From assembly GCA_902801795.1 (NCBI GenBank), contig CADCJQ010000010.1:2358-66357 (forward strand): a DNA stretch of 64,000 nucleotides. Reading direction: 5' to 3'. Shown here one piece after another: positions 39,989 through 49,300 of the stretch; position 1 is the first letter of the stretch; each line of letters begins with the position of its first letter. The position numbers and the translations under genes are program-made. Below the pieces are notes generated by a model that searched no databases, was not told where the DNA came from, and was given only the letters and a program-made list of their open reading frames with translations. The DNA comes from an uncultured Erysipelotrichaceae bacterium (lineage in GTDB: Bacteria > Bacillota_I > Bacilli_A > RF39 > UBA660).

Positions 39989-40096
39989 TTAATTTTTAGT
40001 AAAAAAGAGCATAAATATACACTCTTCATTATAATTATCTAAAAATGGTTCATAATGTTTCTTGTATTCATACTCACTTTTGTCATCTCTAATCAT
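39989..40096 (-). CDS. Possible 35-aa ORF (MIRDDKSEYEYKKHYEPFLDNYNEECIFMLFFTKN)
   Basis: GGAG RBS, hand translation. Confidence 0.35.
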   Translation of the reverse strand: MIRDDKSEYEYKKHYEPFLDNYNEECIFMLFFTKN

Positions 40097-40192
40097 AAAT
40101 AACTCCATAAATATAATCTAATTTAGTAATGTAACTTTTTTTCACAACATCCTCTCATCTATATATTAGGCTTTAAATGTTATATATTTTTT

Positions 40193-40225
40193 AGTTACAT
40201 TTTGACCAATGCCACCGCCGGCATT
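40193..40225 (-). repeat. attL junction of integrated element
   Basis: Minus strand AATGCCGGC-GG-TGGC-ATTG-GTCAAAATGT; core GGTGGC at 40211..40216. Confidence 0.88.
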
Positions 40226-40477
40226 AATGTGATTAGATAAGACTATTACATTAGGATCAGTTCCAAGACTTCGCATGGTATTTAATCTTTCATTTCTAGT
40301 TAATGTTTTATCTGTATCACGAGTAATAGTTACTGGTACACCTAATTCTTTAAAACGATTGTACATGTAATTAGCGGCTTGCAAAGTAAAGTCTTTTTCT
40401 CTTAAATTACCTGATACTGCTCCAGGGTCATTTCCTCCATGACCTGCATCAACTACTATTCGATATTTATCATTCAT
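40211..40477 (-). CDS. 5' part of interrupted N-acetylmuramoyl-L-alanine amidase
   Basis: MNDKYRIVVDAGHGGNDPGA...LREKDFTL...SNHINAGGG; 89 codons up to the att core. Confidence 0.92.
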
Positions 40478-40523
40478 AATTATTTTCACCCATAATAGTT
40501 TATGTAATGAAAATAAATTGTTG

Positions 40524-40549
40524 AAAAAAAGATGGTAAAAACCATCTTT
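40524..40549 (-). terminator. Terminator between fibre operon and amidase gene
   Basis: AAAGATGGT-TTTT-ACCATCTTT plus T tract. Confidence 0.8.
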
Positions 40550-40562
40550 ATTATAAATATTT

Positions 40563-41783
40563 CTATGGATTATTTGAACCAGGTTCATCAACTTCAAATC
40601 CTAAATTAAATATTATTGTTCCACCAGATGCTTTATTTTCACAATCAACATCTTGTCCTTCAATCCACATATATATTCTTAATTTAGTAACACCAGGTTT
40701 TAAAGTTAATAATTCAGTATGAGTTCCACTTTGAGCAGTATCATTGTCTGATGCAATTAATTTATTAATAGTTACAGCATCAAATAATGATGAATAGTTA
40801 GCAGCAGTAGCATCTCCCCACTTAACACCAGTTTGTTCACTTGTTACATAATCAGTAGCAGTAGCAGCAATAGCAGATTTAACTCCAGAATATGCTAATG
40901 CAGGTTGATAAGTTACATTTGATGAAGTAGCAGTATTATAATCTGCTGTTGTGGTATAAGTAGTAATACCATAAACGTTACTTGCATGATTTACACCAGT
41001 AGCAGTATGAACATCATAATTTGGTTCAATAAATATTGCAGATGTACCATCATCTAATGCTTGCATTGTAGCAGTTGTAGAACTTGAAGCCGTATTTCCT
41101 TCATCGATAATAGCAATACGAGATGCATATTCAATATCAGTATCAGTACCACTATTTACTGTATAACCTTTAACACTTGTATTTTTTGTTAAATACAAAG
41201 TAGTATTTTCACTAAAATCTGATTTAATAAATACATCAAACGCTAAATAGTTACCAGAGTTACCATCATGATCACTTTCTGCAGTCGAAGTTAAAATATA
41301 GTTACCTAAAGCATTATTTGTAACTGTACCAAGGAACATATTTAATCCTTTTAAACTCTTAGTCGTTGTACCATCATTTTTATAACCATTAACAGCAGCT
41401 ACAGTATTAACTGTTGACACTGGGTTAAGAATAGTTCCTTGATTAACTCTTGTAGGAACTTGGTTAACAGCATCAGCATATGTTGTGTGAGCTGCTAATA
41501 ATTCAGAAGATGTTACAAGTGATTTCCAATTGATAGCATCAGTTGAAATTTGAATACCTGATCCACTAGCAACAGTAACATCCAAATCTGTTACAGATAC
41601 AACATAGTTTGCCGTAAACCATGCATAAACTGATGTGCTTAACAATACAACTGTTAATAATAGAAATAGAAGTAATACTAAACTCTTTCTTCCTTTCTTA
41701 TCACGATGCATTAAAACATACCAAAATCCTTTTTTCTTTTTCCTATTTTCTTTAGTTTTCTTTACTAAAGTTTCTTCATTCAT
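40563..41783 (-). CDS. TasA/camelysin-like secreted subunit with SipW-type signal
   Basis: Basic N-terminus, TM helix, SVYAWF; paralog of 55813..56811 (shared ISTDAxxWKS and WLEGQDVD.ENxAS blocks). Confidence 0.72.
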   Translation of the reverse strand: MNEETLVKKTKENRKKKKGFWYVLMHRDKKGRKSLVLLLFLLLTVVLLSTSVYAWFTANYVVSVTDLDVTVASGSGIQISTDAINWKSLVTSSELLAAHTTYADAVNQVPTRVNQGTILNPVSTVNTVAAVNGYKNDGTTTKSLKGLNMFLGTVTNNALGNYILTSTAESDHDGNSGNYLAFDVFIKSDFSENTTLYLTKNTSVKGYTVNSGTDTDIEYASRIAIIDEGNTASSSTTATMQALDDGTSAIFIEPNYDVHTATGVNHASNVYGITTYTTTADYNTATSSNVTYQPALAYSGVKSAIAATATDYVTSEQTGVKWGDATAANYSSLFDAVTINKLIASDNDTAQSGTHTELLTLKPGVTKLRIYMWIEGQDVDCENKASGGTIIFNLGFEVDEPGSNNP

Positions 41784-41991
41784 ATTTTCCTCCCTTATTC
41801 TAAATTACAAAATAATATTATCATACTTTTTTTTCAAATTCAATACATTTTATCAAAAAATTTCATTTTATGTCAAAAAAAAGATAATCAAGTTTCACAA
41901 AGATTATCTTCTAAAAATAGAATATCCTATTACTATTAACAAAGCACTAAATATTATATATATTTTTTTATAAAATACAATTATATTTATC

Positions 41992-42573
41992 TTAATCTGT
42001 TGACAAAATTTGTTGTGAATTTATCTTTATTTCAATCATTTCAAACAAATCTTGATAATCAGAATTATTATAACCAGTAGGAAAAGTAATTAACAAAACA
42101 TAATTATTTGTTTTATTAATATCAAAACTAAAATATTCCGTTGGAGTCTCAATCATCCTAAAAAAAGTACCATCATCATCAGTAATTACTTGGTTTGAAG
42201 TTATTATACTAGTATTATTATTAACCGTTTCCCCTTTAAATAAATCATATGTTATTGGAATATTAGTTGTCGTCCTAATAGATAAATCATATTTAAGATT
42301 TGTCTCTGTTCTTCTTTCTTCATTATAATTACTAACTGAAAAATAATATAAATACTGATTATTACTTGGAATAATTTTGGGTAAACTAATAGTTTGAGAA
42401 ATTACCGTATCCTCTAATACATAAATAGCATGTGGAATGATAATATCACCATTCTTTTCTGTCTCAAATCTTGAAAAAGTTGATGGCATAACATACAATA
42501 ATACAACAAGAATAATTAATAAAAAAGTAATTTTATTAAATTTGATAATTTTTTTTATATTAAACAAAGACAT
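41992..42573 (-). CDS. Secreted fibre-subunit-like protein
   Basis: TM helix followed by STFSRF motif; beta-rich body. Confidence 0.6.
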   Translation of the reverse strand: MSLFNIKKIIKFNKITFLLIILVVLLYVMPSTFSRFETEKNGDIIIPHAIYVLEDTVISQTISLPKIIPSNNQYLYYFSVSNYNEERRTETNLKYDLSIRTTTNIPITYDLFKGETVNNNTSIITSNQVITDDDGTFFRMIETPTEYFSFDINKTNNYVLLITFPTGYNNSDYQDLFEMIEIKINSQQILSTD

Positions 42574-42622
42574 AATATCACCTATTTTTTTAATTTTCTT
42601 ATTTTAATTATTTGAGTTGCAT

Positions 42623-43408
42623 CTAAGACTTTTTGGTTTTATTTTTTTCAGTCACCTTTTTTATTTCATTTATATCAATTATTTGAGTTGCATCTAAGAC
42701 CTTTTTGGGTTTATTTTTTTCAGTTGCCTTTTTTATTTCACTTATATCAATTATTTGAGTTGCCTCTAAAACTTTTTTCTTATTTATTTTTTCTACTTCA
42801 TTTTTAACTATTGGTTTTTCATCATTTTTTACGATATCATCTTGTTTATTAGTATCTTCTTTTATTACTTTAACTTTTTCTTTTTTGTTTTTTGATTCTT
42901 TAATAATTTTTTCTTTATTACCATTATAAGAAAATAAAAGACTTAAACAAAACAATGTAACAAAAATTAAAACAATTACCTTAGGAGATAGTAATACTTG
43001 TTTAATTGCACTAACATTAGGAATAATTTTAGTAACTTTTCCAAGAACCAAACTCTTATCTATAGGATTATCATTTGTATTATTATTATCACCCTTAGTA
43101 ATAATATAATCATCATTTTTTTCAACAACACGGTGTGTAACAAAATCATTACCAGAAATATATGTTACCACATCACCTTCGTTATAATCACTATTTATTT
43201 TAACAATTACAACATCGCCTTCATTAATGTAATCTTTCATACTACCTGTTGCTACTTGAAAATAAGAATAACCAAAAATATTAACATATTTATTTTGTAA
43301 TATTTTCAAACTAAAAAAACTATACAAACAAAAAAGAATAATAAGAATAATAATAAATATTAAAACATTAATTATCATATCAACGATTTTATGAGATCTT
43401 TTTAACAT
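42623..43408 (-). CDS. Signal peptidase I, SipW/ER-type (S26)
   Basis: TGSM catalytic Ser, VTHRVV, ITKGDNNNTND; C-terminal 24-aa repeat. Confidence 0.92.
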   Translation of the reverse strand: MLKRSHKIVDMIINVLIFIIILIILFCLYSFFSLKILQNKYVNIFGYSYFQVATGSMKDYINEGDVVIVKINSDYNEGDVVTYISGNDFVTHRVVEKNDDYIITKGDNNNTNDNPIDKSLVLGKVTKIIPNVSAIKQVLLSPKVIVLIFVTLFCLSLLFSYNGNKEKIIKESKNKKEKVKVIKEDTNKQDDIVKNDEKPIVKNEVEKINKKKVLEATQIIDISEIKKATEKNKPKKVLDATQIIDINEIKKVTEKNKTKKS

Positions 43409-43444
43409 TTTATCACCTCTTTTTATTCTTTTATTCTTTTATTC

Positions 43445-44029
43445 TTATGTATACTCTACAATAGTTTCCCCTAAATATTGACTAAAATTTATTATAACCG
43501 GTATAGTTACACTAGTATCATCATCCAACCCATACAAAGAATCAACTTGATTGTTCTCTTCATTATTTACCCATTCGATATATACTCTTATATGATGTAT
43601 ACTACTATTACTAATAGGAATTACACCAGTATAAGTTGCTTCATCTGTCATAATAATGTTATTATTATTTAATTCTTCAATATTAGTAATCAGGATACTA
43701 TCATTATTTAATAATGATAAATCAAGACTAATATCATATCTAACAGAAACAGAAGTATTATTAGGATCAATGTCAATATCAAAATATGCTCCAACACCAG
43801 GAGCAATTAATCCTTCTTTAACATTTGAATCTGTTGAAACAGCATAATTATCAACAACAAAATGAACACTATCATTAATATTGCTATTATTAACTTTTAC
43901 TTGCCACTTGGCAATATCATTACTAACTGTTATACTATTATTTGTCTCAAATAAGCCATAAGTACTACTTATTTCTAAAATTGTTATACACAATAACAAC
44001 AACACGACAAAAAACAACATTTTTCGCAT
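43445..44029 (-). CDS. Secreted fibre-subunit-like protein
   Basis: STYGLF after TM helix; IAKWQVKVN, IAPG, VRVYIEW blocks shared with 57807..58415. Confidence 0.68.
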   Translation of the reverse strand: MRKMLFFVVLLLLCITILEISSTYGLFETNNSITVSNDIAKWQVKVNNSNINDSVHFVVDNYAVSTDSNVKEGLIAPGVGAYFDIDIDPNNTSVSVRYDISLDLSLLNNDSILITNIEELNNNNIIMTDEATYTGVIPISNSSIHHIRVYIEWVNNEENNQVDSLYGLDDDTSVTIPVIINFSQYLGETIVEYT

Positions 44030-44032
44030 ATA

Positions 44033-44581
44033 TTACTCTTCTCTAACTTCTTTAAGAGTTTTCTTAAATTCTTTAACAATTACATAAGCCTCATACATAA
44101 ATACAATAAAGAATGGTAAAATTACTAAAAACAAAAATCCCCATTTTGATGTCATAGTTTTTAAAATACTTCCCACAAAAGCAATCTTATTGCTACCATT
44201 TACTTTACCAATTAAATACTCACTAGAAAAAGCCTTATCTTCATTCTCATCGTTTTTATAAGAAAAAGTGTGTTCTTTTTCATTAATATATTTATTATCA
44301 GTTATATTCGCTAATGTTACTGTATTCTTATTAAAAGCTGTATCATAAAATAACACAGGATCCCCTTTATTAATACTATTTAAATCAGGATATTTTGCAA
44401 TAACCAAATCTCCTTTTTTGTAATAATCCAATACATCATTTTCCATAACTACAAGAGATGTATTACCAAATTCTACAACACCATCATCATTTGTTTTTAG
44501 CAAACAAAATGTTGCAAAAGCACAAATAACTAAATACGCAAATAAAATTGTTTTAAAAATACTTCCTATTACCTTCATCAT
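44033..44581 (-). CDS. Degenerate S26 signal-peptidase-like membrane protein
   Basis: Same layout (TM, KGDLVI, IGKV, TM) but no GSM or THR catalytic motifs. Confidence 0.6.
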   Translation of the reverse strand: MMKVIGSIFKTILFAYLVICAFATFCLLKTNDDGVVEFGNTSLVVMENDVLDYYKKGDLVIAKYPDLNSINKGDPVLFYDTAFNKNTVTLANITDNKYINEKEHTFSYKNDENEDKAFSSEYLIGKVNGSNKIAFVGSILKTMTSKWGFLFLVILPFFIVFMYEAYVIVKEFKKTLKEVREE

Positions 44582-44626
44582 AATCACCATTAAAAGTATA
44601 ACATAAGATAAAATCTTATGCAATAA

Positions 44627-46204
44627 CTATTTTCCTTCTAAAATATCCTTTGCTTTTAATATAAAATTTATATCATCAAAATTAATATTAATATCATTCA
44701 TATAATAATAATATACAATATTATCAATAACTTTAATAAAATTATCAATATTTCCTTCTTCCAAATAATCTAAATTAATATTGAATCCTAATAATGTATA
44801 TTTATCAACAACAATTGAATTTAATTTTTCTAAATCACTATATATATCATTATTAATTAATGTAACATATGGACTATAAATTAATTTATTAATTTCTTCA
44901 ATAATATCATCAGTATTAATTTCTATTTGATGCTTATCTGACATTCTTTTTAAGAATAAATAACTACTAACACCAAGTTCTAAATATAATGACAAACTAC
45001 TATTCTCATTAATACTATTATATATTCGATCTTTTATGATATCCAAATCGTATTCATTATACAAATTCAATAAATCATTTAATAAAACATCAGATTTAAT
45101 AAAAAATTCACTACAATCACTATCACTATTTTTACTCAATATTTTTAAAGCCTTTGAATTATTTTTCTTAATTTCATTTGTTATTTTATCAATATCTTTA
45201 AATTTATTTTTCAAAATATTTTTATAATCATTTTTATTATTATATAATTCATGACATTCATCTATTAAATATCTATACTTACTAATTATTTGATATTCCA
45301 TAAGAGAATATCTTAAATTTATAAACATTCCTTTTTTATCATCAACAATAGAACTTTCAGTATAATCATTAATAATTTTATCTATCTTACTAGGATCAAA
45401 GTCTTTTATATCAAACTCCTTATTAAGAAATAGATCATAATACCTTTTCTTAGACTTATTTATTAAATTATCATAACTAATTACTTTACTTTGATATTCA
45501 TTTTTATATCTATCAAATGAATCATCCACATGTTTATTTAAAAATTTAAATAATCCTTTATTATTTTTATTTTCACTATATTTAGAAAATTTAATTTCCT
45601 TTTGTTTATTTATATAATTATCAAAATATTTACTATTTTTAAAGTATAAATCATAAAAATTGACAACAATATATTTTAATATATTAGGACACTTCCAATA
45701 TATTTTTTCAAAAAATCCATGAATTTTATCAACATTTTTTTCATTTAATAAAAAATCTATATATTGACTTGCATAAAAATTTAAATAAAAGGATTTTCCA
45801 TTAACAGGAGTTCCTACATTTTTAAATATTTCAATAATTTTTAAAATATTTTCATTAATAATATCAAGATTTTCATTTTCATAAGAATTAATAACATATA
45901 TCATTTTATCTAGTCCTAATATTTCCATCGGAGATTTAAACCTATTAAAATAACAAAAATCACTTAATAACATCTTACCATCATCTATTATTTTTTCTTC
46001 TTTTATATCGCATATATTATTATATCTATTTTTTATTTCTTCCAAAACATTTTGATAAATTGACTGATATTCAACAATTAAAGAAGATACTTTCTCATAA
46101 TATATTTTACGATTTTTTAAATTATTTTGTGGTAACACACCTAAAATTTCTTTATCATTTTGTATTTTGGTTTTTACATCATCTAACATTTTATTCACCA
46201 TCAT
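44627..46204 (-). CDS. Hypothetical protein
   Basis: 525-aa Lys/Asn-rich ORF within the operon; no motif recognised. Confidence 0.7.
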   Translation of the reverse strand: MMVNKMLDDVKTKIQNDKEILGVLPQNNLKNRKIYYEKVSSLIVEYQSIYQNVLEEIKNRYNNICDIKEEKIIDDGKMLLSDFCYFNRFKSPMEILGLDKMIYVINSYENENLDIINENILKIIEIFKNVGTPVNGKSFYLNFYASQYIDFLLNEKNVDKIHGFFEKIYWKCPNILKYIVVNFYDLYFKNSKYFDNYINKQKEIKFSKYSENKNNKGLFKFLNKHVDDSFDRYKNEYQSKVISYDNLINKSKKRYYDLFLNKEFDIKDFDPSKIDKIINDYTESSIVDDKKGMFINLRYSLMEYQIISKYRYLIDECHELYNNKNDYKNILKNKFKDIDKITNEIKKNNSKALKILSKNSDSDCSEFFIKSDVLLNDLLNLYNEYDLDIIKDRIYNSINENSSLSLYLELGVSSYLFLKRMSDKHQIEINTDDIIEEINKLIYSPYVTLINNDIYSDLEKLNSIVVDKYTLLGFNINLDYLEEGNIDNFIKVIDNIVYYYYMNDININFDDINFILKAKDILEGK

Positions 46205-46295
46205 GAAAACTTTCTTGATCTTTTGTTAAAACTTTTATGTAATCATCAACTAATTTATATATTTCTATTAAATCACTATTAGAAATTTCATTCAT
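46191..46295 (-). CDS. 34-aa ORF (MNEISNSDLIEIYKLVDDYIKVLTKDQESFHDGE)
   Basis: GGAAGGTG RBS; overlaps the start of the next gene. Confidence 0.55.
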   Translation of the reverse strand: MNEISNSDLIEIYKLVDDYIKVLTKDQESFHDGE

Positions 46296-46395
46296 GTTTT
46301 CACCTTCCATATTTTTTTATCAACAAAATTTAATTATCTACAAACCAAATTATATCATAAAATAATAAAAAATACACTATATTTAAGTGTATTTT

Positions 46396-49300
46396 TTACT
46401 TAATAACAAAATATTTATAAATATTTCCTACATTAACATCGCCATCATACAGATATATAACTAACTTATATGTTCCGGTTATCAAATTATCTTTTAAAAT
46501 ATATTGATTATTGACATTTGATCCTGGATTAGTAAAGAATTTATATACATTTTCATCACTAGTATTATTAAATGTTCCTTCTAAATAATCTTTAATATCA
46601 ACAAGTTCATATGATAAATCGTAAACATTATTATAAGTTCTTCTAAATAAAGCGATTCGAAGATTTGGATTAACTAAACTAGATGAATATAATATATTAA
46701 AATTAAACTGATTATTGTCATTTAAATTATGACTTGTTTCATGATCAATAATTAAATATTCATCATCTAGTACAATATCTAAACCATAATTTTTTTCCAT
46801 TATTCTAAAAGAAACATCGCATTCATCCGAAGAATCAATTCCATAGTATATACCATCTGGCGAATAGAATGATTCTACCTTAAGGGTATAATTGCCACCC
46901 GATAAATTACCATCAGTTGTATCAATAATAATCGAAGAATAAACATTAGCAACTTTTTCAGCTAAATTAATTCTTACTGTTCCATCACTTCTTGGATAAT
47001 GAGTTATTCCATTATATATAAAGGATACTCCCATAAGGTCTATTCCATTAACTTGATTATTATTTTCATCAAATATTGTTAATTTAATACCCAATTTATT
47101 ATCATAATAAGTTGTATCAAGAATATTATTGTTACTATTATCTTTTTCAAGTTCAAATGATGTTGTAACTCTTAAAGTTGTATCATTTCCAACATGAATA
47201 ACATTATCACTTAGAGTAGCAGAAACATCAATAACACCATCAGAATCATAATATAAATCATATTTCATACTATCATGTTGTGTACCTAAAACAGAATAAA
47301 TAGTTTGTTCGGTAGATGTACGTATTTCCATAAGTAATGATGTTTCAAGATAATTACTAGCGATTTCAGCATCACAAAAATCAACAATAAAGATAAATTC
47401 TTCCACAGCCATTTTATTAGTTTGATTATAATAAATATTTTTCAGTGTTTCTTCATCATATGTATTATTAACACTAGAACTTCCCATTTTAATAAATTTA
47501 CTTAAATCATACGAGTAAGTTAAATATAAATTATAATTATTAATAATATCTATATTATCATTAGCATTTGTTATGTAATAATAATACTCTGGACTAGAAC
47601 CACTAGCAAAATCTATCATAGTAATTTTAGTATTAACTGGTAATAACTTATCTGATACTAAAGAATGATGATATCCATTACGATATATACTTGTATCAGA
47701 ATTAACATACAAAGCATAATAAGCACTTAAACTACTTTTTGAAGTAATTCTGGTTGGGCTTGATGAGAAAAATTCATATTGCCTTCCTGGAGTCATCGCT
47801 GCTTCATAAAAATCACCTTGATATATCGCTCTTGATAAATTAACCACTATATCAATACGAGTTGTTTCTTTTTCCAAATCATTAATAGGTGTTATCGCAA
47901 GTAATTTAATTGTAACATAACCTAAATTTCCATTAGTAGCCAAATTCTTAGAATGATATAAGTAAAACAATAAACTAGGAGCCATTGAGGAGTTTTCCGT
48001 ATAATATGTCGTTGTACCAGATATATTATTATCACTTTCAGTTAAAAATTCAGTTGATCCTAAAGTAATCCATCCTTCTGTACCAGGTCTAATTGATAAT
48101 CCAAGTCTATTATCAGCATCATCTGAATTATTGGCAATTCTTGGAATACTATTAGGAGCTACCAACGAAACATCACTATCAAGATTTTCATATTGAAATC
48201 CTACAACAGTAAAATATGTATTAGCCGTTGTATAGTCAATTAATGGAAGTTCATATGTTCCCAAAGTAGAATATTTTGATGCAACAAGATCAACTTCATA
48301 TGACGTAACAGATGTACCAATTATCCACATATAATAACTTGAATCTTCTGGTGTAGGAACAATATATTTAACTTTTAAAGTATTTCCTTCACCTTCTTCA
48401 TCAGAAACAAAATTTGAATAGAACCCATCAACTTCAATATTATGATTATCTTCATGTAATCCTAAAACATAAGTTCCACCAGAAAAATAATATATATCAT
48501 TATTATTAGCCGTATCACCATAATTATAATCAGTATCATACATGGCAACAACAATTTCCCCAGTTCTTTCTTTCTTATACATTCCCAAGAAAGTCATACC
48601 ATCAACTTCACCATATGAAGTAATGTTTTGATTAGTAGCAATATTTAATATTTTATCTTCAAGCATATAAATACGATTATTAACGTTCTTTGTTACTGTT
48701 TCGTTATCCTCATCAATGGTAACTGTTGCTAATGTATTATTATCTTTCAAACTTCTGAATTTTTTCAACAAGTTAGCTCCATTTTGAAAATATAAAGTAC
48801 TATTATTAACTAGATCTAATTCATCAATACGACTTACACTAAATAAAACACTTGAATATTCATTAGTTCTATCCGTCGCTCCTGATAACTCTATATTAGA
48901 ATTATTTAATACAACTAAATCTGCTCTTTGAATAGATATATTCTCTTTAATATCACTCTCTGTTCCATAATTATTAATATATATTCTACTATAACCAGTA
49001 GTACTTGAAGCATTACCGCTTCCAAAGATGGAACCACCAATATCAAAATTATTATGTGTTGCTCCATCAATGTTGATTATAATACCTACTGTAACACTTA
49101 TAAATGAATAATCATAGTCTTCTGATCCACTAGCATTAGCTTCTCCACCACCAAAAACAGTTCCAGCAATATTAATATCAGATTTAACTAAATCATTAAT
49201 ATTTACTTCATTTCCTATATTAGCAACAACTGAATTATATCCTATATTAACCATTGTATCGCCATATAAAACTGAAGTATTAGCACCACCATAGACATTG

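Larger units (their letters stand above)
32520..40216 (-). mobile_element. 7,697-bp large-serine-recombinase integrative element interrupting the amidase-LysM gene
   Basis: GGTGGC duplicated at both junctions, inverted GTCAAAATGT arms, recombinase inside, flanking gene halves rejoin in frame. Confidence 0.92.
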
